64,000 nucleotides of DNA from Alphaproteobacteria bacterium (GCA_965216755.1 CBDCGL010000011.1:2624001-2688000), one strand, 5' to 3'. Counted from the first letter of the stretch, positions 22,557-32,211 are shown. Notes: generated by a model from the letters alone, not told the origin. Program-made: numbers and translations.

Positions 22557-22637
22557 TGCAACGCAATATATATGTGCGCTGCAGCATGGGCAAGCATTCA
22601 GGCTTATAACGTCTCAGCAACCGCACGTTGCAATGCA
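22557..22637. promoter_or_regulatory. Three TGC-N3-GCA boxes (putative PhaR operators)
   Basis: TGCAACGCA 22557-22565, TGCGCTGCAGCA 22575-22586 and TGCAATGCA 22629-22637, upstream of the PhaJ-like gene. Confidence 0.6.
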
Positions 22638-22699
22638 ATATTCGGGCCATAGCAGCGAGGTCGGCAGCACGTTCGGAACAGGTCGATCCTAGCGCGGAA

Positions 22700-23305
22700 A
22701 TGACAACAGGAAATAAAGATGGCGGGGCCAGCCGGCGGCGCCGGGCGCTGGCAGTGGCGTTTGGCGCGCTTGTCCTCGGCGCCGCAGCGGGTGCTTGGCA
22801 CATGATAGGCCCGTCCGGCCCACCCCCCAACGCGCGGGCGATTTTTTTGGACCTGCACCGCAATATCTACACCGCCTTTGACGAGCAGACTGAAAGTGCC
22901 GTTTATGACGTGCTCAGTCGCAGTGTCGATGGGCCGCTGATGTCGAAACTCTATAACGAAGTCTACCAAAGCTTGGTACGCCAGGATCTGGGTGGCGCCA
23001 TCAGTCGGGTCAGTTCGGTGACGGTGATGTCAACCGACATCGCGGCATCGACCCGCGCCGATGTGCCGGGCGCCAATCCGTTCGATGTCAAGGCGTTGTG
23101 GTTGGTGGTTGGCCATGTCACCCATGAAAGCCACACCCACGCGCGGCTCAACCGCTATGAAGGCGTGTTTACGATCGCCGACATCGACGGCGATTGGAAA
23201 ATTGTCGATGATCGGATCTTGTCGCAAACGCGTCTGTCCGATGATCAAGCCCCGGTCGCCGCACCGACCAGCGACGCGGCAACCGCGCCTGGACCGACGC
23301 CATGA
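22700..23305 (+). CDS. Hypothetical membrane-anchored periplasmic protein, His-containing, possibly NTF2-like fold
   Basis: Single N-terminal TM; GHVTHESHTHARLN; C-terminal DGDWKI; stop overlaps the next start (ATGA). Confidence 0.7.
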   Translation: MTTGNKDGGASRRRRALAVAFGALVLGAAAGAWHMIGPSGPPPNARAIFLDLHRNIYTAFDEQTESAVYDVLSRSVDGPLMSKLYNEVYQSLVRQDLGGAISRVSSVTVMSTDIAASTRADVPGANPFDVKALWLVVGHVTHESHTHARLNRYEGVFTIADIDGDWKIVDDRILSQTRLSDDQAPVAAPTSDAATAPGPTP

Positions 23306-23961
23306 TCACGATTGATCAGCTGTCTTTTGCCTATGGCGGCCACGGATTTCAACTGGACGTGCCGGCACTGACCATTGCCGACGGCGAGAAATTGGCGTTG
23401 ATCGGGCCCAGTGGCTGCGGCAAGACGACTCTGGCCCATTTGATCGCGGGCATCTTGGTGCCGCACGCGGGCACGATCACGGTGCGCGATACGGTGATCA
23501 ACCACATCGACGATGCCGCGCGCCGGCGTTTTCGGCTGACGCATATCGGATTTGTGTTTCAGCAGTTCGCCTTGCTCGACTATATTACATGTTATGATAA
23601 TATTACGCTGCCAAATTACATTGGTTTCGATGCGGCCGGCCCGCGCGCTGGCGCCGGGGTCGTGCAGAAGCTGGCCGACGGCCTGGGGATAGGCGACAAG
23701 CTCAACCGGTTGCCCGGCACGCTGTCACATGGCGAGCGGCAACGGGTGGCGATCGCCCGCGCACTGCTGTATGCGCCACCACTGGTGATCGCCGACGAAC
23801 CCACCGGCAATTTGGATCCCGAAAACGCACGCGCGATCATGACTTTGATCCACGCGCATGTGGACGCGGCCAAATGTACGCTGCTGATGGTCACGCATAA
23901 CCATGATTTGCTCGACGGTTTCGACCGTGTCATCGATGTCACCCGGCTGCGGGCACCGTGA
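23302..23961 (+). CDS. ABC ATP-binding protein (LolD/MacB-type)
   Basis: GPSGCGKT, GFVFQQF, LSHGERQRVAIARAL, ADEPTGNLD. Confidence 0.93.
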   Translation: MITIDQLSFAYGGHGFQLDVPALTIADGEKLALIGPSGCGKTTLAHLIAGILVPHAGTITVRDTVINHIDDAARRRFRLTHIGFVFQQFALLDYITCYDNITLPNYIGFDAAGPRAGAGVVQKLADGLGIGDKLNRLPGTLSHGERQRVAIARALLYAPPLVIADEPTGNLDPENARAIMTLIHAHVDAAKCTLLMVTHNHDLLDGFDRVIDVTRLRAP

Positions 23962-25187
23962 CGCCGATGCGCGCGGCCCTATACCTGGCATGGCGGCATA
24001 TCGCCTTTTATCGCGGGCGCAGCGCGATTTTGGTGGTGGCGCTTGCGATCACCGTGTTCCTGCCATTGGCGGTGCAGCGCTTGATCGACCATTACGGCGC
24101 GGCCTTGGTTGAACGCGCCCAAGCGACGCCGTTGGTGGTCGGCGCCAAGGGCAATCGCTACGACCTGGTTCTGAAAAGCCTCTATTTCGACACACCCTAT
24201 GATGAACAGATCAGCCGCGCCGATGTCGCGACGATCAAGGCGCGCGATTACGGTGCCGCCATCCCCCTTCACGTTCGCTACACCGCCCATAAATATGTTG
24301 ACACGTCGGCAAGCGCCGCCTGGCTGGAGAGCGCCGCCGTGGTCGGCACCGACTTCGGCTATTTCGACTTTCGGCGCCTGACGATGGCCGCCGGCACCTT
24401 GCCGCTGTTGTTGGGCGACGCGGTGGCGGGCGCCGGCACGGCCGATCGCTTGGGCCTGGGTCCTGGCGACAGCGTGCTGACTGATCCCGTCGGCGCCTAC
24501 GACCCGGCACGCAGCTTTCAGCTGAAAATGCCGATCGTCGGCGTGCTCGCCGAGACCGGAACGCCTGACGACGACGCGATTTTCGTCGATGTCAAGACCG
24601 CCTGGGTGATCGACGGCATCGGCCACGGCCACACCGATGTCTCCACAACCGAGACCAGAGCGCCCATCGATGTCGCGCGCAGCACTGACAAAAACACCGT
24701 GACCACCCCAGCTTATGTCGCCTATCAGGAAATTACCGACGCCAATCGCGGCAGTTTCCATTTCCATGGGCCAGCCGAAACCTTTCCATTGACCGCGGTC
24801 ATCCTGCGCCCTCGTGACGCCAAGGCCGAGACCATTGCGCGCGGCTGGTACAATCTTCACCAAACCCGCGATTTGTTGGTCCCCAGCGAGGTGATCGATG
24901 AATTGCTCGGCCTGGTGTTTCGGATTAAACGCTTTTTCGATGCCAATGTGGCGATGGTGTCGATCGCCATGGCCCTGCTGGTGTCGTTGGTTGTGATGCT
25001 CAGCTACCGCTTGCGCAAACCGGAACTCGACACGATGTTTCGCCTGGGGTGCGCCCGCGCGACAGCGTTTCGTTTGCTGGCCACCGAGCTGGCCATCCTG
25101 GTCGTTGCCAGCTTGGCATTGGCCTATCTGGGTGCGGTGGCCGTGACCGCGTTGGCGCCGGCACTGATCGGCGGTGGTGTAATTTGA
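23958..25187 (+). CDS. FtsX/MacB-type ABC permease with His-bearing periplasmic domain
   Basis: N-terminal TM, large periplasmic loop (GHGH, FHFHG), C-terminal TMs around LRKPELDTMFRLG. Confidence 0.8.
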   Translation: MTPMRAALYLAWRHIAFYRGRSAILVVALAITVFLPLAVQRLIDHYGAALVERAQATPLVVGAKGNRYDLVLKSLYFDTPYDEQISRADVATIKARDYGAAIPLHVRYTAHKYVDTSASAAWLESAAVVGTDFGYFDFRRLTMAAGTLPLLLGDAVAGAGTADRLGLGPGDSVLTDPVGAYDPARSFQLKMPIVGVLAETGTPDDDAIFVDVKTAWVIDGIGHGHTDVSTTETRAPIDVARSTDKNTVTTPAYVAYQEITDANRGSFHFHGPAETFPLTAVILRPRDAKAETIARGWYNLHQTRDLLVPSEVIDELLGLVFRIKRFFDANVAMVSIAMALLVSLVVMLSYRLRKPELDTMFRLGCARATAFRLLATELAILVVASLALAYLGAVAVTALAPALIGGGVI

Positions 25188-25202
25188 CGGGGATCTGAAA
25201 AC

Positions 25203-26120
25203 ATGTGGCTGCGTTGCTGTCGACTTATTTGGGGCCTGGGGTTGGCCGCGTGCCTTGCGGCCACTGCCGCCAGGGCCGCTGGCGATCGTCCGATCATTTA
25301 TACGTCGTTTTATCCCACCGAATATTTCGCCGCGCGCATTGCGCAGCCGCTGGCCGATGTGATCAATGCATTACCCGATGGTGCCGACCCGATCTTCTGG
25401 GTGCCGGATCGCGCGACATTGGCCGCTCTGCAACAAGCGGACTTGATTCTTTTGAACGGCGCCGGCCTGGAGCGGTGGACCGACCTGGTCACATTGCCGG
25501 AAGACCGGACCATCGTCACGGCGATGCCATTTGAGGATCAGTGGCTGCGTTACGAAAACGCCGTCACCCACAGCCACGGCACGGATGGCGAGCACAGTCA
25601 TGAAGGGCTGGACGGCCACACCTGGCTGGACCCGGTCTTGGCCAAAGCGCAGGCGGAGTCCATTCGATCCGCCCTTGTGGCACGCTTTCCAGACCATGCC
25701 GATGCGTTCGCCGCCGGTTATGCGCGGCTTGCCGCTGATCTTGATCAATTGGATGACGCGCTTACGGCGTTGGCGGCAACAGTACAAGACACGCCTCTTT
25801 TTATGTCACACCCGGCCTACAATTACATCGCCCGGCGCTACGGCTGGAATTTCGTCAATTTGGATCTCGACCCAGAGGTCATGCCGTCCGAGGAAGACTT
25901 GGCCGCCATCCGCGTGCGACAGCAGGCGCACCCCGCATCAATTCTGATCTGGGAAAGCGCCCCCCAACACGCCGTCGCTGACCGATTTCACCAGGAACTG
26001 GGCGTGCAAAGCGTTGTGTTCACACCGGCCGAAAACCCGGACGGCATGGCTGACTATCTCGCCATCATGGCCGGCAATATCGAACGGCTGCGGACCGCAA
26101 TCGCCGCGCTCTCCTCGTAA
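25203..26120 (+). CDS. Metal (Zn/Mn-type, ZnuA/TroA cluster A-I) substrate-binding protein
   Basis: Signal peptide, LNGAGLE, HSHGTDGEHSHEGLDGHTWLDP, SHPAYNY. Confidence 0.88.
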   Translation: MWLRCCRLIWGLGLAACLAATAARAAGDRPIIYTSFYPTEYFAARIAQPLADVINALPDGADPIFWVPDRATLAALQQADLILLNGAGLERWTDLVTLPEDRTIVTAMPFEDQWLRYENAVTHSHGTDGEHSHEGLDGHTWLDPVLAKAQAESIRSALVARFPDHADAFAAGYARLAADLDQLDDALTALAATVQDTPLFMSHPAYNYIARRYGWNFVNLDLDPEVMPSEEDLAAIRVRQQAHPASILIWESAPQHAVADRFHQELGVQSVVFTPAENPDGMADYLAIMAGNIERLRTAIAALSS

Positions 26121-26201
26121 TGCGTCCAAACAGGGTGATTGCCTTCCGCGCACGCCGCGCCGATCATGGTCGCGGAGTCGCTTTGCAAATGAGAGGACGC
26201 C

Positions 26202-27008
26202 ATGGCCGATCGATTGAAAGACAAAGCGGCGGTGGTCACCGGCGCTGGTGCCATCGGCCCGGGCTGGGGCAACGGCAAGGCTGTCGCGACATTGTTCGCA
26301 CGCGAAGGGGCGCACGTGTTCGCCATCGACATCAACGAGGGCGCCGCTCTTGAAACCAAGGCTATCATCGAGGCCGAAGGCGGCACCTGCCGCGCCCACC
26401 AGGCCGATGTCACCGACAGCGACGCCATCGCGCACGCCGTAGAGGCCTGCATCGCTGCGTATGGCGGCGTCGACGTGCTGCACAACAATGTCGGCATTGT
26501 GATCGATGGTGGCCCCGTCGAAACCGCGGAAGACGATTGGGAACGCGGCGTGCGCGTCAACCTGAAAAGCGCCTATCTGATGTGTAAGCATGTGTTGCCG
26601 GCGATGGAATCGCGCGGCGGCGGCAGCATTATCAATGTCTCGTCAACGGCGGGAATCCGTTGGATGAACGTGCCCTATACGGTCTATGCCGCGACCAAGG
26701 CCGCTCTGCTGGGGCTGACCCACAATGTCGCCGGCCAATATGCCGCCAGAAACATCCGCTGCAATGCCATTCTGCCGGGCATTATCGACACGCCGCTCTT
26801 GCGTAAGATGCTGGCGGACATTTACGCCGCCGAAGACATCCCGGCGCTGATTGAACGACGCGACAGCCACATTCCCATGCGTCGCATGGGCGATGCGTGG
26901 GATGTTGCCTATGCCGCACTGTATCTGGCTTCCGACGAGGCCAAATATGTCACCGGCGCCCAGCTCGCCGTTGATGGCGGCATGAGCATCAGCGCCATGT
27001 CCGGATAA
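26202..27008 (+). CDS. Short-chain dehydrogenase/reductase
   Basis: TGAG..GNG, NNVG, YAATK; RBS GAGAGGA. Confidence 0.92.
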   Translation: MADRLKDKAAVVTGAGAIGPGWGNGKAVATLFAREGAHVFAIDINEGAALETKAIIEAEGGTCRAHQADVTDSDAIAHAVEACIAAYGGVDVLHNNVGIVIDGGPVETAEDDWERGVRVNLKSAYLMCKHVLPAMESRGGGSIINVSSTAGIRWMNVPYTVYAATKAALLGLTHNVAGQYAARNIRCNAILPGIIDTPLLRKMLADIYAAEDIPALIERRDSHIPMRRMGDAWDVAYAALYLASDEAKYVTGAQLAVDGGMSISAMSG

Positions 27009-27034
27009 AACCACAGGATTGGGAGAACGTCGCC

Positions 27035-28180
27035 ATGGTTGCCATCGCAAGTATCAAAGCCAGCGCCCATTCCTGCGTGTTCGATCGCGATGTGGTGCGC
27101 CTTGGCCTCGGCGCCAACGTCAAACGTGACACGGTGATCGTGATTGTCACCGCTGACGACGGCACGGTCGGCATTGGCGAGGCCCATCATGGCCAAAATG
27201 CCACCGCCATGGCCGAGGTCATCGAGGCCGGCCTTGGCTCGTTGATCATCGGCGCGGACCCGTTTGATACCGAAGGCATTTGGGCCAAGCTGTGGCGGCA
27301 ACAGATCGTCACCCACGGTTTGGGCGCCGGCAGCGTCATGGCCCTATCCGGAATTGACGTCGCCCTATGGGACTTGAAAGGCAAGTTGCTGAGCCAACCA
27401 GTTTATCGCTTGCTCGGCGGCGCGCGCAAACGGATCCGCGCCTATGCCGGCGGGCTCAGCCTTGGCTTTCAGCCGCTCGATACATTGGAGCACGAAGTCG
27501 CGGGCCTGTTGGACCAAGGCTACACGGCGATCAAAATGCGCGTTGGCGACACGCCAGCCAAGGACGCCGAGCGGGTCGGTCACATCCGCGAGACTTTCGG
27601 CGACTATCTCGACATCGCCGTCGACGCCGCGACACGTTACACCGTCATGGATCTGCCCGACGTCCTGCGCTATTGCGAGGCCAACCGGGTTTATTGGCTG
27701 GAAGAGCCGTTCGCGCCGGACAACGTCCCGGCCTATCAAGAGCTACGTCGGCGCACCAACATTCCGATCGCGGCCGGTGAGAACCACTATACCCGCCAGG
27801 CGTTCCGCGACCTGTTCGAAGCCCGCGCGATTTCCATCTGCCAAGCCGATTGCATGAAAACCGGCGGCCTGACCGAGCTTAAGAAAATCGCCGACATGGC
27901 CGCCGCATGGCACATCCCCTTGGCGCCGCACACCAGCCACAGCGTGATCTCCATGGCCGCCAACGCCCATTTGCTGAGCGCGGTGTCGAACGGCCTGATC
28001 TATGAAGCCGATGTGGCCAAGGTCAATCCATTCCGCACGGACCTGGCCAAACCGGCCCTGACTGTGGTCGACGGCCATATCGAACCGCCGGACGCGCCCG
28101 GCTTGGGCCTGACCATCGACCAGGCTGTTCTCGACGCCCACCCCGGCGTCGCCGGCCCGTGTTATATTCCCGGCGCTTAG
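27035..28180 (+). CDS. Mandelate racemase/muconate lactonizing enzyme family protein
   Basis: GIDVALWDLKGK, KMR, VDA, WLEEP, AGEN, PH. Confidence 0.92.
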   Translation: MVAIASIKASAHSCVFDRDVVRLGLGANVKRDTVIVIVTADDGTVGIGEAHHGQNATAMAEVIEAGLGSLIIGADPFDTEGIWAKLWRQQIVTHGLGAGSVMALSGIDVALWDLKGKLLSQPVYRLLGGARKRIRAYAGGLSLGFQPLDTLEHEVAGLLDQGYTAIKMRVGDTPAKDAERVGHIRETFGDYLDIAVDAATRYTVMDLPDVLRYCEANRVYWLEEPFAPDNVPAYQELRRRTNIPIAAGENHYTRQAFRDLFEARAISICQADCMKTGGLTELKKIADMAAAWHIPLAPHTSHSVISMAANAHLLSAVSNGLIYEADVAKVNPFRTDLAKPALTVVDGHIEPPDAPGLGLTIDQAVLDAHPGVAGPCYIPGA

Positions 28181-28191
28181 TGGAATAATAA

Positions 28192-28575
28192 TCAGCCGGC
28201 CGCGTCAATGTCCTCGAACACCTGGCGGGCAATACGGAAGCTGTCGATGGCCGCCGGCACGCCACAGTAAATCGCGGATTGCAGCAGGATTTCGCGGATT
28301 TCGTCGCGCGTTACCCCGTTTTGCAGGGCGCCGCGGAGATGGAGTCTGATCTCGTGCGGCCGGTTGAGCGCGGTGAGCATGGCCAAGTTCAACATGCTGC
28401 GGGTCTTTTTCGGCAGGCCCGGCCGGCCCCACACCGCGCCCCAGCAATATTCGGTGACCAATTCCTGCATCGGCCGATTGAAATCGTCGGCTTTGGCGAT
28501 TTGCCCGTCGACATAGTCGGCGCCGAGCACGCTCTTGCGGATGCTCAGGCCTTTATCAAACATTTCTTGGTCCAC
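28192..28575 (-). CDS. Carboxymuconolactone decarboxylase family protein
   Basis: WGAVWGRPGL, HLRGAL.NG, AIYCGVPAA; GTG start. Confidence 0.9.
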   Translation of the reverse strand: MDQEMFDKGLSIRKSVLGADYVDGQIAKADDFNRPMQELVTEYCWGAVWGRPGLPKKTRSMLNLAMLTALNRPHEIRLHLRGALQNGVTRDEIREILLQSAIYCGVPAAIDSFRIARQVFEDIDAAG

Positions 28576-28667
28576 GTCCCAGCCCTCTCACTCTGTGCGC
28601 ATAATAGAGGCGGACGTTACCATGACGGCGGTCGGCGGGTCAGCCGCCGCGGCGCATCATCGCCAGG

Positions 28668-29117
28668 TCAGCCGCCGCGCCCCGGTATCGTGAACAACAG
28701 CTGTTCATCAGCGTCGTGAACAAAGGCGAAGATGTCGGCCAATTCTTCGCCCGTAATCGTGATCTGGTAGCCCAAGTCCTTTTTCTGCAGCGCGATCATG
28801 TCGGACGCGCCGGTCCACATGCGTGCGGAGAACTCGAACGGATTGGCGAGACTTGGTTGACGATAGGCGTCCAAGGCGGGCGCCGCCTGTCCGCCGACAC
28901 CGTTGACCGAATGGCAAATCACGCAACCCTTGGCCGCAAACAAGATTCGCCCTTCACGCGCATCCATGGCCGGTAATTCCACATCGACGCCATCGCTGTC
29001 GCCAAGCAAGTCACCTTCCAACACGTCTTGTCCGAACGCGGGCAGCGTCATGCCAACCAGTGCCAACAGCGCAAGTGCTTGTCCAATGCCGCGCTGACAG
29101 TTCGTAGATCGTGCCAT
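28668..29117 (-). CDS. Periplasmic mono-haem cytochrome c
   Basis: Signal peptide, CVICH haem motif; RBS GAGGTG. Confidence 0.85.
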   Translation of the reverse strand: MARSTNCQRGIGQALALLALVGMTLPAFGQDVLEGDLLGDSDGVDVELPAMDAREGRILFAAKGCVICHSVNGVGGQAAPALDAYRQPSLANPFEFSARMWTGASDMIALQKKDLGYQITITGEELADIFAFVHDADEQLLFTIPGRGG

Positions 29118-29318
29118 GATCACCTCAATTTTCTTGATACTGTGCAAATGTTGGCACAGTTCGAAACGAAGCGCATCCGATTGCATCGCAATCACGATGT
29201 TACACCGACATTACAGATGGACTTCGGCAGCGCCGAAAATTAAAAGATACCGGCGTAAAAGGCTTTCCCATACACGCCTAGATTGGCCAGAACGCAAAGG
29301 TTCGTGAGGAGAATTTCC

Positions 29319-31049
29319 ATGCAACGATTTGTCGCTCTTTGGGCCGCTTTCGCTTTGGTGACCGGTGTCGCCGTGGCTGACGCCCAAGAGGCCACGCCGT
29401 CAGGTGTCTATCTTATTTATGATGCTTCCAACTCCATGTGGGGTGAATTGCCGGATAAGTCGCGAAAATACGCGGTTGCGCGCAAAGTTCTCGATGACTT
29501 CCTGGGCCAAGAGTTCGCCGGCCGTGTGACTGCTTTGCGTATCTATGGCCACAACAACAAGAGCGACTGCCAGGACACGCAACTGATGGTGCCGTTCGCC
29601 GCTGCGGCCGAAAATGCGAACGCCATGCGCACGGCCATCGAATCGGCGCGCCCGACCGGTAAGACACCCATCACCCAGTCACTGCGTGCCGCGCGTCAGG
29701 ACTTCGGCGACCGCGGCGGCGACATTTTGTTGATCACCGACGGAATCGAGACGTGCGACATCGACCCGTGCGACCTGGTGGCCGCGTGGCGTGATGCCCG
29801 CATCGGCTTGCGCGTGCACGTGGTCGGCTTGGGGTTGGACGCCGATGTGAAATCGGCCATGAGCTGTGTTGCGGAGACGTCCGGTGGTCGCTATGCGGAT
29901 GCCGACTCGGCCGACAGCTTGACGGCCGCCCTGAACACGGTTCGCAGCGCCGCATTGGCGCCGGCACAGCCCGAAGCGCCGACCACCGAGACGGCTACCT
30001 CTGAGCCGGATGCCGACACGGGTGCCGACACAGGTGCCGCCGAACAAGCCGACGTGACGACGGCCGCGGCCATGACCGAAACTGCGCCCACCGAGCCGTC
30101 GCGCTTGAAACTCGTGGTTCTGGATCAAGACGGTCGCCGCTATTTCGACGTGGCGGCGCTGATCAAGACCGAAGGCCGCGCACAATACAAACTGGCGCTG
30201 TTTGGCGATAATGAAGTCGCGCCCGGTGATCATCAAATCACGGTCGGCATCAGAACCGCGGACGGCAGCCTTTACGCGCCGGTCACCCAAACGGTGGCGG
30301 TGCGCCGCCCCGGCGTAACCACGGCCTATATGAAAGTGAAGCGGCCACCAACCGTCAGCGCACGTTTTGTCAAGGACGGCGCCGATACCCCGGGCGCGAA
30401 AATCACCGCTTACAAGGATGGCGAACGCGCGTTCCGTTTTGATCCCGCCGAAACCGTGTATGCGGCACCCGGTGATTATGAGTTTCGCGCCCAACCCGAC
30501 GCCAACAATGATCTGACCGTCGCGGCAACACTGGAACCGACGACGGACGCGCGGTTGACCTTCGACGTAATCGACCCGGTTCAAGTCGCGTTCGCCTATA
30601 AATTGTCGGGCGGTGAAACCGTACTGCGCGATACCGAACTGTGGCAGGGCGGCGAGAAGATCTATGGTGTCGCTGCCGAAGGCGGCGGCCCGGTGATGCC
30701 GGGCGTCTACGACCTGGTCGCGCTCGACAAATTAGCCCCCTACGCAATCGACAAGATCGAAGTCAAGAACGAGCCCGACCAAACGCTGGAGTTGCCCGTT
30801 GACGTCGGGTACGTCATCGTTTGGTACGACCCCTCAGGGATCTACAAACGCGCGCCCGCGCGCGCCTTTATCCGTGCTGAATCGCAAAAAGGCCTATCGG
30901 GCGAAATCACGCCAGATACGCCGCTGGCGCTATTGCCTGGCGAGTACACAGTGCAGGGCTGGAGCCTGGCGGGTACGTTCGCCCCGGTCAAGGTCAGCGT
31001 CGGGGTCGGTGAAACCGTCAGCGTGGGACTAAAACCGACCCGCGATTAG
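29319..31049 (+). CDS. Secreted VWA-domain protein with Ala/Thr/Glu linker and C-terminal beta-sandwich repeats
   Basis: Signal peptide, MIDAS DASNSM, GKTPI, ITDGIETC; repeated PG.Y/H motifs; RBS GAGGAG. Confidence 0.85.
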   Translation: MQRFVALWAAFALVTGVAVADAQEATPSGVYLIYDASNSMWGELPDKSRKYAVARKVLDDFLGQEFAGRVTALRIYGHNNKSDCQDTQLMVPFAAAAENANAMRTAIESARPTGKTPITQSLRAARQDFGDRGGDILLITDGIETCDIDPCDLVAAWRDARIGLRVHVVGLGLDADVKSAMSCVAETSGGRYADADSADSLTAALNTVRSAALAPAQPEAPTTETATSEPDADTGADTGAAEQADVTTAAAMTETAPTEPSRLKLVVLDQDGRRYFDVAALIKTEGRAQYKLALFGDNEVAPGDHQITVGIRTADGSLYAPVTQTVAVRRPGVTTAYMKVKRPPTVSARFVKDGADTPGAKITAYKDGERAFRFDPAETVYAAPGDYEFRAQPDANNDLTVAATLEPTTDARLTFDVIDPVQVAFAYKLSGGETVLRDTELWQGGEKIYGVAAEGGGPVMPGVYDLVALDKLAPYAIDKIEVKNEPDQTLELPVDVGYVIVWYDPSGIYKRAPARAFIRAESQKGLSGEITPDTPLALLPGEYTVQGWSLAGTFAPVKVSVGVGETVSVGLKPTRD

Positions 31050-31984
31050 CGGTCGCCACCATTGAGCTGTTGGAGATACTGGTCGACGAAGTCAAAGTCG
31101 ACCAGCTCCACATAAGCGTTGGTCAACGCCTTGGTGATCGGACCCGGTATCGTGCCGTCACCGATGGGCGCGCCATTGATCCGGTGCACGCCGCAAATGC
31201 ACAGGCTGGTCGAGGTGAGAAACACTTCGTCGGCGGTATAGCCGTCGAACAGGCTGACGTCGTCTTCGACCAAGGGAATACCTTTTTCCTTGGCCAGGTC
31301 GATCACGGTTTGGCGGCTGACGCCGGGCAGCACATAGCGCGCGGTCGGCGTATAGACCGCGCCGCCACGGACGACAAAGATGTTGCTGCCCATGCCTTCG
31401 CATAAATTGCCGTTGACATCCAACAACATGGCCCAAGCGTCCGGCGTGTGTGCCTTCGCTTCCAAGTCACCCATCACCAAGTTCAGATAGTTGTGCGACT
31501 TGGCGTTGGGACTGAGCGCATCGGGCGGTACCCGCCGCACCGACGGCACCACGACATCAATGCCGTCGCGGAACAAATGCGCGCGCGGTTTAAGCGGCAG
31601 CGGCGTGCATTCGACGATCACGTTGGGTTTGCCGTGGCCCGAGATATCTGCGCCGGCCGGTTCCTCGCCGCGACTGATGCGTTGGCCGACCCAATAATCT
31701 TCGCCTTCGCCCAGCAAATGGAGATTACGCTCCAGCACCTCGTTGGTGATCGAGATCATTTCTGTGGGCGACAGGCCGGGGTCGATCTGCACGTACCGCA
31801 ACGAGCGATACAGCCGATCGACATGCTCCTGGATTTTGAAAATGCGCCGTCCAAAAGTCCGCGTCATGTCGAAGACAGCGTCGCCATATTTGAAGCCGCG
31901 ATCACGAAATGGGATCGCCACCCGGCTTTCCGGCAAGAATTCGCCATTGAAATAGGCAACCCGTTCATTGGCCCGTTCGGTCAT
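31046..31984 (-). CDS. Aminotransferase class IV (branched-chain/D-amino acid type)
   Basis: DRGFKYGDAVF, AKSHNY (PLP lysine), EGMGSNIF, LPGVSR, ADEVFLTST. Confidence 0.92.
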   Translation of the reverse strand: MTERANERVAYFNGEFLPESRVAIPFRDRGFKYGDAVFDMTRTFGRRIFKIQEHVDRLYRSLRYVQIDPGLSPTEMISITNEVLERNLHLLGEGEDYWVGQRISRGEEPAGADISGHGKPNVIVECTPLPLKPRAHLFRDGIDVVVPSVRRVPPDALSPNAKSHNYLNLVMGDLEAKAHTPDAWAMLLDVNGNLCEGMGSNIFVVRGGAVYTPTARYVLPGVSRQTVIDLAKEKGIPLVEDDVSLFDGYTADEVFLTSTSLCICGVHRINGAPIGDGTIPGPITKALTNAYVELVDFDFVDQYLQQLNGGDR

Positions 31985-32211
31985 TCTGTTGGCCCTCCTG
32001 TGGCGCGCGCGGCACAATCGTCAAACGACACCCAAAGCTTAGGCCCGAAGCGCGGTGTTCTTGAAGCGAATTCCCGGGGCATCTGGCATGCTTTGGTTCA
32101 GCCCCCCGGGTCGCCGTGCTAAGCGTTTCGCAGAATTGTGATTTTGGCATCGGCGTCGAATCCCCATATCAACGATACAGGCACCATCATGACCATCATC
32201 GGGCCCGTGAC

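Noticed and set aside
23588-23606. Zur-box-like TGTTATGATAATATT
   Set aside because: Inside the ATPase coding region and only one half-site matches; a similar half-site near 51145 is equally weak
32180-32200. His-rich HHHDHH in the ORF-track N-terminus of the DUF547 protein
   Set aside because: Lies upstream of the likely ATG (32212) that places the Tat motif at the N-terminus
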